A DNA stretch of 64,000 bases from Actinomycetota bacterium (GCA_045805265.1 JBJMLO010000008.1:195161-259160); one strand, 5' to 3'; numbered from the stretch's first letter, positions 29,998 through 38,195 are shown. A program made the numbers and translations. Notes: generated by a model from the sequence alone, not told the origin.

Positions 29998-31215
29998 GTG
30001 GATGGCGAACGCTTGTTCGATACTGTCGAGGTCATGAGCACGCTGCGATCGGGGCTGGACGAGCTGAGGGCCGTGGAACTGCGGCACCTGGCCCATGGGG
30101 AGCTGGAGGACCGGCTGTCCGAGATCCGCCGCGCGGTGGGCGTCCTGGAAGCCGAGAGCGCCCGCACGGTGGCCGAGATCGAGCGCCGGGGGACCTACGC
30201 CGAGTCGGGGCACCTGTCCATGACCTCCTGGGTGGAGCACCGCTTCCAGGCCTCATGGTCCGAGGCGGCCCGGCAGGTCCGAACGGCCCGGGCCCTGGAG
30301 GCCATGCCTGCGGTGCGGGAGGCCCTGTACGAGGGGGAGGTCTCCCCCTCCGCGGTGGGCCAGCTGGTCACGGCCCGCGAGGCCAGCCCCGAGGAGTTTC
30401 ACAAGGTGGAGTCCGTGCTCGTGGACGCGGCCCGGACCCTTCCGGCGCGGGACCTCCGAAGGGCGGTGGCCCACTGGAAGGACATGGTGGATGCGGACGC
30501 TGCCGCGAAGGCGGACCGGGAGCGCTACGACCGCCGGGGACTGCACGCGTCCCCCACCTTCGAGGGCATGGTGAGGGTGGACGGCAACCTCGACCCGGAG
30601 ACCGGGCAGTGCCTGATCACGGCCCTGAGGGCCGTGATGGACACGGAGGCCCGGGACGGCACGCAGGACCACAGGACCCCGGCCCAGCGCCGGTGCGACG
30701 CCCTGGGGGAGATCGCCCGCCAGTTCCTTCACCGGGTGGACCGACCCGTGGTGGGCGGGGAGCGGCCCCACCTCACCGTGACGCTCGACCTGGAGGCCCT
30801 GGAGGGTAGGGCCGGGCGGCGCTGCGAGCTCGAGGAGTCAGGGACCATCTCCCCGTCCTCGGCCCGGCGCATCGCGTGCGACGCCAAGGTGAGCAGGGTG
30901 ATCACCCGGGGGGAGTCCGAACCCCTCGACGTGGGAAGAAGGACCGCGGTGGTCCCGGCCGGGATCCGGCGGGCCGTGGTGGTCAGGGACCGGGGATGCC
31001 GGTTCCCCGGATGCGACCGCCCGGCGCCGTGGTGCGACGCCCACCACGGTGTGCACTGGGCGGACGGGGGCGAGACCAAGCTTGCGAACCTCGTCCTGCT
31101 GTGCCGCCGGCATCACCGGATGGTCCACGACGGGTTCGGGTTGGAGATGACCGACGCCGGGCCGGTGTTCTCCCGCCCCGACGGAACACCGCTGGGGGAC
31201 CGGGCGCCTCCCTGA
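29998..31215 (+). CDS. DUF222-type HNH endonuclease (REP13E12-like family)
   Basis: 405 aa with an alternative start at ATG 30034 (MSTLRSG). The N-terminal helical DUF222-like region is ...ELEDRLSEIRRAVGVLEAESARTVAEIERRG. The C-terminal HNH motif is CRFPGCDRPAPWCDAHHGVHWADGGETKLANLVLLCRRHHRMVH. Confidence 0.88.
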   Translation: MDGERLFDTVEVMSTLRSGLDELRAVELRHLAHGELEDRLSEIRRAVGVLEAESARTVAEIERRGTYAESGHLSMTSWVEHRFQASWSEAARQVRTARALEAMPAVREALYEGEVSPSAVGQLVTAREASPEEFHKVESVLVDAARTLPARDLRRAVAHWKDMVDADAAAKADRERYDRRGLHASPTFEGMVRVDGNLDPETGQCLITALRAVMDTEARDGTQDHRTPAQRRCDALGEIARQFLHRVDRPVVGGERPHLTVTLDLEALEGRAGRRCELEESGTISPSSARRIACDAKVSRVITRGESEPLDVGRRTAVVPAGIRRAVVVRDRGCRFPGCDRPAPWCDAHHGVHWADGGETKLANLVLLCRRHHRMVHDGFGLEMTDAGPVFSRPDGTPLGDRAPP

Positions 31216-31421
31216 CCCCGACGGGTTAACGAGCATGGCGCTGCGGTGGGCGCTCGTCATGCTGCATCGCGTGCGAGTACCGTCACGTCGTGCGTTGGCG
31301 GCGCGAGAGACGTGTCACCTCTGGTCAGGCCGCCGTTAAAAACCCCACGGTAGGGCACCGCCTGCAAACGCCTCCACCAGCCGTTCCTATCGAGGGAGGT
31401 TGGCACAACCCCGGTATCGCC

Positions 31422-31814
31422 ATGGTCATCGCTCTGGCGGTCGCCGTGACAGCGCTCGCCTCGTGCGGCGGCAGCACGCCGGTCGTGGAGACGCTCCCCC
31501 GGCCATCCAGCGGGATCGCTTCGATCGTGCCCGGCCAGCCACCAGTCGTGTGGATCTCCGGCCAGTCGGCGGATATCTCGGCGTCCCGGCTGACGGTGAT
31601 CGGGCGGGGCGGCTCCAGGGCCGTCGTCCGCCGGTTGTCCCGGGGTGCGACGAAGTTCTTCGTGCTGCACGAGGGCCGGTTCGAGCGGATGGCCGAGGAC
31701 GACGCCCTGCTCGTCGAGGCCGGCACGGCGATGTGCGTCGAGTCGCTCCTGGACGGGCGGAGCCTGATCGCGCTGCGGGTATTCGTCGGCGCCGCGTGCG
31801 GCCCGCGGCCGTGA
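31422..31814 (+). CDS. putative lipoprotein
   Basis: ATG 31422 gives MVIALAVAVTALASCGG, a signal peptide with lipobox LASC. It is in frame within track ORF 31290..31814. Confidence 0.55.
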   Translation: MVIALAVAVTALASCGGSTPVVETLPRPSSGIASIVPGQPPVVWISGQSADISASRLTVIGRGGSRAVVRRLSRGATKFFVLHEGRFERMAEDDALLVEAGTAMCVESLLDGRSLIALRVFVGAACGPRP

Positions 31815-31836
31815 CCGGCCGCGATACGGTGGCCCC

Positions 31837-32079
31837 GTGAACGACGACGTCTCGACCGTCCACCTGGGCCAGTACTCGCGGGAGTCCGCCAACCTCATCG
31901 TCGCCGAGCTCGAGGAGCGCGGGATCGTCTGGTGGTACAAGGATCCCGGATGGATGGCCCAGCTGTGGGAGAAGGGCGTCCGCCTGTTCGTCGACAAGCG
32001 CCACCTCGCCGAAGCCAAGGAGATCGCGGAGCGGGTCGTGGCCGAACGACAGGCCCAGGGCTGGCCGCCGCTGCAGTGA
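31837..32079 (+). CDS. small hypothetical protein (80 aa)
   Basis: GTG start with balanced amino-acid composition (…ANLIVAELEERGIVWWYKDPGW…AEAKEIAERVVAE). It follows the lipoprotein gene by 22 nt. Confidence 0.45.
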   Translation: MNDDVSTVHLGQYSRESANLIVAELEERGIVWWYKDPGWMAQLWEKGVRLFVDKRHLAEAKEIAERVVAERQAQGWPPLQ

Positions 32080-32099
32080 CCGCAGAGCGGCTGGCCCGA

Positions 32100-32267
32100 C
32101 TATCCGCTCGGGGCGTCGCGGGGGGCCAGGAACGGGCGCATCCGCGGGGCCTCGAGTGGGCATGCGCACAGCGGGCACCTGGGCGGGGCCTCGTAGACCA
32201 CGACGCGGCGCTCGCAGAACGGACAGTCGGCCTCCATCAGGGGAGGCCCGGTGATGGGCTCTGGCAT
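32100..32267 (-). CDS. small zinc-ribbon-like protein (55 aa)
   Basis: The protein reads MPEPITGPPLMEADCPFCERRVVVYEAPPRCPLCACPLE..., with CPxC-N13-CPxC spacing. It is the terminal part of track ORF 32100..32615. Confidence 0.4.
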   Translation of the reverse strand: MPEPITGPPLMEADCPFCERRVVVYEAPPRCPLCACPLEAPRMRPFLAPRDAPSG

Positions 32268-32378
32268 TGGGGGTGTGCGCTCTGGGGGGAGCGGTCTCAT
32301 TCGTGATCGGACAGGATCGCCGGGCGCTTGATACGGCCCTTCGTCGTAGCTCCGGTGGGACGCGGATGCCCTTCGCGC

Positions 32379-32450
32379 GGGGAAAGCGGGAGCCTCCCCG
32401 GTCATCCGGGGAAAGCGAGAGCCCTCCCCGGTCATCCGGGGAGGGCTCCC
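32379..32450. repeat. tandem 29/30-nt direct repeat (2.4 units) with embedded inverted repeats
   Basis: Unit A (32379-32407) is GGGGAAAGCGGGAGCCTCCCCGGTCATCC. Unit B (32408-32437) is GGGGAAAGCGAGAGCCCTCCCCGGTCATCC. The partial unit C (32438-32450) is GGGGAGGGCTCCC. Confidence 0.9.
32419..32448 (-). terminator. perfect 13-bp GC hairpin, probable intrinsic terminator/attenuator between two minus-strand small ORFs
   Basis: GAGCCCTCCCCGG (32419-32431), loop TCAT, then CCGGGGAGGGCTC (32436-32448). On the minus strand the hairpin is followed by GCTTTCC and then a second 6-7-bp hairpin CCCCGG-ATGA-CCGGGG. Confidence 0.45.
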
Positions 32451-32494
32451 TTTCGGCGAGGCGGAGAGGGGGCCGGGCGTTCGCCCGGCTGGGG

Positions 32495-32698
32495 TCAGGC
32501 TGCCTCGCTCTTCCTGCGTCCCCGCTCGAAGTAGGGACGGATCGGCTCGTGCTGCCAGCACATCGGTGAGCGGTTGTACACGGAGAGCTTGGTGTTGCAG
32601 CCCTCCTGGGCGCACACCCGTCCTCCCGGGTAGGTCCTGTTCTTCCGGGGCAGCTCCCGAACCCGGCTTCCCCGGTACTCCTGCAAATCGTCTCTCAT
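32495..32698 (-). CDS. small basic Cys/His-containing protein (67 aa)
   Basis: The protein reads MRDDLQEYRGSRVRELPRKNRTYPGGRVCAQEGCNTKLSVYNRSPMCWQHEPIRPYFERGRRKSEAA, with C-x4-C-x11-C-x2-H spacing. It is the terminal part of track ORF 32495..33148. Confidence 0.5.
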   Translation of the reverse strand: MRDDLQEYRGSRVRELPRKNRTYPGGRVCAQEGCNTKLSVYNRSPMCWQHEPIRPYFERGRRKSEAA

Positions 32699-32855
32699 GA
32701 CGGTTCCTCGTTCGACCGTCCCCCGACGGTCTTCAGCATGAGATACGAACGCGGGCGACCGTCCGATCATTCCCGCCGGGAGGAACTGGTACAGGACGCC
32801 AGCGGAGGCCGGTGGCGGCGGGGCCCGGCCCGGCGACCGCGTGGTGGACGACCGG

Positions 32856-33359
32856 TCAGCCGGTCTCCGCGAAGGGGCCTTTGGCGCGGCGGAGGACGTC
32901 GTCGACCTGCGCGGTGAGCTGGACGACCCGGGGGGTGAATCCCAGGGTCCGCCAGAACTCCCTGGCGGTCTCGTTCGGCCAGAAGACCTTGAGCTCGATC
33001 CACTGCACGCCGAGCTCCTCGGCGAACCGGGCCGCCTCCTCGGCCAGCGCCCGGCCCACGCCGCGCCCCCGGTGGCCGGCCCGGACCACGACCCCGGAGA
33101 TCTCCAGGGTCCGCTCGTCTGAGAAGCGCGACGGGACCCTGGCCTCACCGTAGGCCATCCCGACCACCTCGCCCTCCTCCTCCGCCACCACCAGCAGCCG
33201 GTCGTCCGCGTCGAGGGATTCCCGGTACTTGACCGCGACCTCGTCGTAGAACCCGGGCCGGGGGGTGAACACGCGCCAGTCGCGCTGCATCCGGTCGAGC
33301 TCCTGGAACAGCGCCACGAGCGTGGGCACGTCCTCCGCGGTGGCCTTCCTGACCTTCAC
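32856..33359 (-). CDS. GNAT family N-acetyltransferase
   Basis: GTG 33359 follows GAGGAGGAGGAG and overlaps the upstream stop (GTGA). The acetyl-CoA motif is ISGVVVRAGHRGRGVGRALAEEAARFA. 167 aa. Confidence 0.85.
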   Translation of the reverse strand: MKVRKATAEDVPTLVALFQELDRMQRDWRVFTPRPGFYDEVAVKYRESLDADDRLLVVAEEEGEVVGMAYGEARVPSRFSDERTLEISGVVVRAGHRGRGVGRALAEEAARFAEELGVQWIELKVFWPNETAREFWRTLGFTPRVVQLTAQVDDVLRRAKGPFAETG

Positions 33360-33991
33360 CCGCTCCTCCTCCTCACCACGCGGGCCGGATTGCCCGCCAC
33401 CACCGAGTATGGCGGCACCTCGCCCTTCACGACCGCATTCGCTCCGACGACCGACCCCCGCCCGACGTTCGTGCCGCGCAGGATCGTCGCCGACTGTCCG
33501 ATCCAGCAGTCGCCACCGATCCACGTGCGGGACTTCACGATGCCCTGCTTGCGGATCGGCACGGCCGGGTCCCGGTACTCGTGATCGTAATCGGTGACGT
33601 ACGCGCCCTCGGCCACCAGGCACTCCGGGCCGATGTCGACATCGAGGTACCCGTCGACCGTGACGTTCGAGCCGAACACGGTCTTGTCGCCGATCCGCAT
33701 CGACCCCTCGTGGCACCGGACGGCGTTCCCGCTGCCGATCCACACCCACCGGCCGATCTCCAGGTGCCCCAGACCCCGGCGGCACCGGATCTCCGCCGTC
33801 CGGGCCACGAACACCATCCCCCGGGTCACGACGTGCCGGTTCCGGACCTTGAACCGCCACAGGTAGCGGGCCCCGAGCACCCAGTACCGCGGCGTGTACA
33901 TGCGGTTCCGCCACACGAAACGGAGCCACCGCCGTATGCCGGTCCCGGGGACCTCCTCGAGAACGGTCCGCTCGGCCACCGCGTCACGCAT
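33356..33991 (-). CDS. hexapeptide-repeat (LbH) acyl/acetyltransferase
   Basis: ATG 33991 gives MRDAVAERT.... The left-handed beta-helix repeats are IGDKTVFGSNVTVDG..., IGGDCWIGQSATILRGTNVGRGSVVGANAVVKGEVPPYSVVAGNPARV. Confidence 0.8.
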   Translation of the reverse strand: MRDAVAERTVLEEVPGTGIRRWLRFVWRNRMYTPRYWVLGARYLWRFKVRNRHVVTRGMVFVARTAEIRCRRGLGHLEIGRWVWIGSGNAVRCHEGSMRIGDKTVFGSNVTVDGYLDVDIGPECLVAEGAYVTDYDHEYRDPAVPIRKQGIVKSRTWIGGDCWIGQSATILRGTNVGRGSVVGANAVVKGEVPPYSVVAGNPARVVRRRSG

Positions 33992-34919
33992 GGGCGGCCT
34001 CGTGGGGGGGACGGGCGGGCCGCTCCGCGTACAGCAGCACGTTGTAGAACGCGCGCCTGGGTACCAGCCGAGCGAGCACGCGGCGGTCGAGCCGGTACAG
34101 GCGCAACCAGGTCCGGTAGGCGAACCACGCCCACCGCTCGCCGAGGACGCCCGGGCGGGCCTCCGCCTCGATCGTGCGCACGGCCCACCCGAACACCCCC
34201 GCGGTGAGCTCCTCGGTCTCGATCCGGACCCCGGAGAAACCCGCGGCGGCGACGACGTCGGCCAGCGCGGATGGCTCGAACGTGTGGACGTCGACATGCC
34301 ACTCCAGGTCGCGGAGGGTCCGTTCCTCCTCCGAGGCCGGAGGCGGCTCGCGCTTCCGGAGCCCCGGCCGCACGCGATCGGCAACGCGCATCCCCGCGGC
34401 GGCGGCCCGCTTGGCCACCCCGGCGATGCGGTGACCGAGCGCGGTGGGCTCCCCCGCGATCAGCAACGCGCCCCCGGGCCGCAGGACGCGGCGCATCTCG
34501 GCGATCGCGGCCCCGTAGTCCGGGAGGTGGTGGAGGAAGGCGTGGCCGACGACCAGGTCGAACGCGCCGTCGGCGTACGGGAGGGCCTCCGCGTCGCCCG
34601 CCGCTGTGCGCAGGTCGCAGCCCAGGCGCCGGGCGTTCGCCCCGCACGCCGCGAGCATCCCCGGCGAGAGGTCCGTCGCGTGCGCCTCCTCGACGAAGCC
34701 CGCCTGCCACAGGTTCAGCAGGAAGAACCCCGTGCCCGCCCCGACCTCCAGCACCCGGCCGTACCGGCGGCCCGGCAGCATCCGTTCGGCTCGCTCCCGG
34801 ACGTAGTCGATGCACCGCTCGTCGAACGAGATGGACCACTTCGCGTCGTAGTCGGCTGCGGCCGCGTCGTGGTACCGGAGGTTGGCTGTCTTCGCGTCCA
34901 CAACGGGCCGTCCGGTCAC
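33984..34919 (-). CDS. class I SAM-dependent methyltransferase
   Basis: GTG 34919 lies 16 nt after the echA-like stop. Motifs are VLEVGAGTGFFLLNL, FDLVVGHAFLHHLPD and LRPGGALLIAGEP. There is a long C-terminal extension. Confidence 0.8.
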   Translation of the reverse strand: MTGRPVVDAKTANLRYHDAAAADYDAKWSISFDERCIDYVRERAERMLPGRRYGRVLEVGAGTGFFLLNLWQAGFVEEAHATDLSPGMLAACGANARRLGCDLRTAAGDAEALPYADGAFDLVVGHAFLHHLPDYGAAIAEMRRVLRPGGALLIAGEPTALGHRIAGVAKRAAAAGMRVADRVRPGLRKREPPPASEEERTLRDLEWHVDVHTFEPSALADVVAAAGFSGVRIETEELTAGVFGWAVRTIEAEARPGVLGERWAWFAYRTWLRLYRLDRRVLARLVPRRAFYNVLLYAERPARPPHEAAHA

Positions 34920-34935
34920 GGCGTCGAGGGCCCGG

Positions 34936-35712
34936 CTACCGGCCGGTGAACTTGGCCTGGTCCTTGTCGACGAAGGCGCGCATGCCTTCGGTCTGGTCCT
35001 CCGTCGCGAACAGGTCCGCGAAGGTCTCGCGCTCGACCACGAGGCCGGTCCGGAAGTCGCTCCGGGCGCCGGCGTTGACCGAGACCTTGGCGGCGCGCAG
35101 CGCCACCGTGGGGCCCTCGGCGTACCGGCCGGCCGCCTCCAGGGCGGCTCGGTACACGTCCTCGCCCTCCGGGACGACCCGGTCGACCAGCCCGATCCGC
35201 TCGGCCTCATCGGCCTTCACGAACCGGCCGGAGTAGATGATGTCCTTGGCCCGGGACGGGCCCACCAGGCGAGGCAGGCGCTGCGTGCCACCCGCGCCCG
35301 GGATGATCCCGAGCTTGATCTCCGGCTGGCCCAGCGTGGCGCCCGCCGCGGCAAAGCGGAGGTCGGCGCACATGGCCAGCTCGAGGCCGCCGCCCAGGCA
35401 GTAGCCGTTGATCGCGGCGATCACGACCAGCGGGATCTCCTCGACCGCCGAGAAGACGTCCTGCATCGCGGTGATCACCGGCTTGATCTGCGTGGGCGCG
35501 AGCCCCGCCATCATCTTGATGTCGGCCCCGGCGGCGAAGACCTTCTCGCCGCCGTACAGGACGAGGGCCCGGACCTCCTCGTTCCCGATGGCCTCGGCCG
35601 CGACGTCGCGGAGGTCGCGCAGCAGGTCCCCGTTGATCGCGTTCATCGGCGGCCGGTCGAGCCGGATCGTTCCCACCGCGCCGTCCACCTCGAGCCGAAC
35701 GAGCTCGCCCAC
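34936..35712 (-). CDS. enoyl-CoA hydratase/isomerase (crotonase) family protein
   Basis: 258 aa. Motifs are [46 protein letters not shown] and [17 protein letters not shown]. Confidence 0.9.
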   Translation of the reverse strand: MGELVRLEVDGAVGTIRLDRPPMNAINGDLLRDLRDVAAEAIGNEEVRALVLYGGEKVFAAGADIKMMAGLAPTQIKPVITAMQDVFSAVEEIPLVVIAAINGYCLGGGLELAMCADLRFAAAGATLGQPEIKLGIIPGAGGTQRLPRLVGPSRAKDIIYSGRFVKADEAERIGLVDRVVPEGEDVYRAALEAAGRYAEGPTVALRAAKVSVNAGARSDFRTGLVVERETFADLFATEDQTEGMRAFVDKDQAKFTGR

Positions 35713-35769
35713 GTCGGTTCCTCCTGGATCTTCGCCGAGCGCCGCGCCGAATCTTTGCAGAACCGTCCT

Positions 35770-36681
35770 TCAAGCGCCGAGCGACCGGGCGATCGCATCG
35801 CCCAACGGGGTCAGCCCGACGCCGAATTCCGCGGCGGCGTCCGGCGCGTCGGCCACGGCGTCGGCGGCCAGGACGTCGAGCGTGACCGTGGAGACCGGCC
35901 GTCCGGACACCCGGGCCAGCCGGGCCAGGGTCGTCGGCCCGACGTGCACCTTCAGGCGGCGGGGCCGTCCGGCCACCAGGTCGGTCAGCCGGTCCGCGGT
36001 GACCCGCTCGGGGCCGTCGAGCGCCCAGGTCCCCGACCCGAGCCGCTCGCGGTCGTCGGCGGCGGCGAGCACCGCGGCGGCGTCGCCTACGAACACCGGC
36101 GCCAGGAGCTGCGTCCCCGGCGCCACGACGAGACGGCTCCGGGCCTGGCGGACGAGCGCGCTGACCCACCGACCGCCGGGCCCCAGGACGTGGTTCGACC
36201 GGATGACGGCGAACTCAAGGCCCGACTCGGCCACGGCGCGCTCGGCCAGGCCCTTGGCCCGCAGGTACGGGTTGGAGGATTCGGGCGAGGCGCCGGGGAA
36301 GGAGAGCAGCACGAACCGGCGGACGCCGGCCTCACGAGCCGCGTCGAGCGCCGTGATCGTCGTCCCGAGGTTGGCCGGCTCGTACGCCGCGGCGTCGGGG
36401 AGGTCCAGCCCGCCGGCCAGGTGCAGGACGGTGTGCGCCCCGCGCATGACCGCCGCCAGCGTGTCGGGGTCGGACAGCGCGCCAACCGCGACCTTCGCCC
36501 CGAGCTCCCGCAGCGGCGGGGCCGCCTCGGGCCGGCGGACCACGGCGCGGACCTCCGGGGCCGTTCCCATCAAGGCGCGGACGGCGTGGGGGCCGACCAG
36601 GCCCGACGCCCCGGTGATCACGACCGGCACGGGACGCCCCGTCGTTCCGGCCGGCCACACGACGGACAGCGGACGACCCAT
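35770..36681 (-). CDS. NAD(P)H-binding (NmrA/atypical SDR-like) protein
   Basis: The Rossmann motif is VVITGASGLVGPHAVRAL, followed later by YLRAKGLAE. 303-aa ORF; the true start is possibly a few codons downstream. Confidence 0.75.
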   Translation of the reverse strand: MGRPLSVVWPAGTTGRPVPVVITGASGLVGPHAVRALMGTAPEVRAVVRRPEAAPPLRELGAKVAVGALSDPDTLAAVMRGAHTVLHLAGGLDLPDAAAYEPANLGTTITALDAAREAGVRRFVLLSFPGASPESSNPYLRAKGLAERAVAESGLEFAVIRSNHVLGPGGRWVSALVRQARSRLVVAPGTQLLAPVFVGDAAAVLAAADDRERLGSGTWALDGPERVTADRLTDLVAGRPRRLKVHVGPTTLARLARVSGRPVSTVTLDVLAADAVADAPDAAAEFGVGLTPLGDAIARSLGA

Positions 36682-36713
36682 CCCGGGAGGCCGCGCGGAC
36701 GCGCCTGCCTCTT

Positions 36714-36729
36714 CTGCAGCATGTTGCAG
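36714..36729 (+). promoter_or_regulatory. operator-like motif CTGCAG-N4-TTGCAG upstream of the Fur-family gene
   Basis: It has the same half-site spacing and core (TGCA) as the motif at 37263-37278. It lies in the 66-nt divergent intergenic region. Confidence 0.3.
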
Positions 36730-36747
36730 ATGCTATCCTGCACTTCG

Positions 36748-37191
36748 ATGTCCAGCGCCCCTGCCCCCACCGCCTCGCAGATCATCGAGGCCCTCCGGGG
36801 CCGCGGACTGCGGATGACGCCCCAGCGACAAGCCATCGTGGCCGAGGTCATGCGCAGCCGCGGCCACATCGGCCCGGCCGACCTGGCCCGGCGGGTCCAG
36901 TCGCAGATGCCGGGCGTGAATCCCTCGACCGTGTACCGGACGCTCGACATGCTCGAGGAGGCCGGGATCCTGTCGCACGCCCACCTCGAGGGGGGCCCCG
37001 AGTACCACCGCGCAGGCGAGCACGAGCACGTCCATCTGGTGTGCTCGAACTGCGGCACGGAGGACGACCTGTCGCTGCAGGAGGCCCGGTCCCTGGAGCG
37101 GCTGATCGGGCGGCACCGGGGGTTCCGGCCGGACCTCACGCACTTCGCGATCTCCGGCCTCTGCGCAACCTGCCAGGACGGGAAGCGCTAG
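36748..37191 (+). CDS. Fur family metalloregulator (Nur/Zur-like)
   Basis: This is the last 147 codons of track ORF 34882..37191. Motifs are RMTPQRQAIVAEVM, NPSTVYRTLDMLEEAGIL, HxH residues, and CSNCG...CATC Zn-site pairs. The alternative start is ATG 36721. Confidence 0.85.
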   Translation: MSSAPAPTASQIIEALRGRGLRMTPQRQAIVAEVMRSRGHIGPADLARRVQSQMPGVNPSTVYRTLDMLEEAGILSHAHLEGGPEYHRAGEHEHVHLVCSNCGTEDDLSLQEARSLERLIGRHRGFRPDLTHFAISGLCATCQDGKR

Positions 37192-37228
37192 CAGCCGGCC
37201 AGCCCCGTTCGGCTCCCACACGGCGAAG

Positions 37229-37278
37229 TTGACGGTCGATAGGCTGATGCATAAAGTCTCAGCTGCAACGAGGTGCAA
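37229..37278 (+). promoter_or_regulatory. promoter plus operator-like motif for the Ni/Co transporter gene
   Basis: TTGACG (37229-34), a 17-nt spacer, then TAAAGT (37252-57). CTGCAA-N4-GTGCAA (37263-78) follows, then GAGGAGG (37281-87) and GTG 37293. Confidence 0.45.
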
Positions 37279-37292
37279 CTGAGGAGGAGCGC

Positions 37293-38195
37293 GTGCACCT
37301 GCCGGGAATCGTGGGGTCGGGGGTCGGAGCGGGCTTCCGGTTCGGCCTGCTCCTGTCCGCTTTCGGCTTCGGGTTCCGCCACGGGATCGACTGGGACCAC
37401 ATCGCCGCCATCACTGACATCACGAGCTCCCAGGACGATCGCAGGCTGTCGATCCTCTACGGCACGATCTACGCGCTGGGACACGCCCTCGTGGTCTTCG
37501 CACTCGGCGTGCTCGCGATCGTGGCCGGGAACTCGCTCCCCTCCGGCATCGACGCCGTCATGGCGAGGATCGTGGGCGCCACGCTGCTGGTCCTCGGCGT
37601 CTACGTGTTCGTCTCACTCATCCGGCACGGCCGGGACTTCCGGCTCCGCAGCCGGTGGATGCTGGTGTTCGCCGGCGTTCGCCGAGGAACGAGATGGATG
37701 ACGTCACGCCGGCGGTCCCGCGACCTGGCCGCTCAGCCCGCACCGGCCGACTCGCGTGTGGCCACGCTCGCTCCTGACGACGGAATGCAACCCGCCGGAC
37801 TCTGGCACCACGGCCATCACGGGCAGCCCGGGCACCATCACCACGAACGCCCCGAAGCGGATGACATCCCCACCTACGGGGGGCGCACGGCGTTCGGGGT
37901 CGGCATGATCCACGGTGTCGGGGCAGAGACCGCCACCCAGGTGTTGCTCTTCCTCGGCGCCGCCCGGGCGGGCAGCCCCGCCGTGGGCGTGATCGTGCTG
38001 ATGGCCTTCATCGTCGGGCTGCTCTGCTCCAACTCGGTCATCACCGTCGGCTCGACGCTCGGCGTGCTCTCCGCGACCAAGAACTTCGCGTTGTACGTCG
38101 TTGTCGCAGTGGTCATCGGGGTCTTCAGCCTCGTGGTCGGGACGATCTTCCTCTTTGGCGCCGAATCGCTGCTGCCGAAGTTCTTCGGTGGCTGA
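37293..38195 (+). CDS. NiCoT (HoxN/NixA-type) nickel/cobalt transporter
   Basis: 300 aa. FRHGIDWDHIAAITD matches the NiCoT TM2 signature (H-x4-D-H). There is a cytoplasmic His-rich loop WHHGHHGQPGHHHHE and a second motif GMIHGVGAET. Confidence 0.8.
   Translation: MHLPGIVGSGVGAGFRFGLLLSAFGFGFRHGIDWDHIAAITDITSSQDDRRLSILYGTIYALGHALVVFALGVLAIVAGNSLPSGIDAVMARIVGATLLVLGVYVFVSLIRHGRDFRLRSRWMLVFAGVRRGTRWMTSRRRSRDLAAQPAPADSRVATLAPDDGMQPAGLWHHGHHGQPGHHHHERPEADDIPTYGGRTAFGVGMIHGVGAETATQVLLFLGAARAGSPAVGVIVLMAFIVGLLCSNSVITVGSTLGVLSATKNFALYVVVAVVIGVFSLVVGTIFLFGAESLLPKFFGG

Noticed and set aside
32379-32450. CRISPR array or 6C-type small RNA
   Set aside because: There are only 2.4 directly abutting repeat units with no spacers and no cas genes, so this is not a CRISPR array. 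The C-rich loops required for the actinobacterial 6C RNA are not formed, because the C runs lie in stems.
34882-36747. Upstream 622 codons of the 769-aa ORF 34882..37191
   Set aside because: This stretch is antisense or out of frame to the crotonase and the NmrA-like gene. Only the terminal 147 codons (Fur family) are credible.
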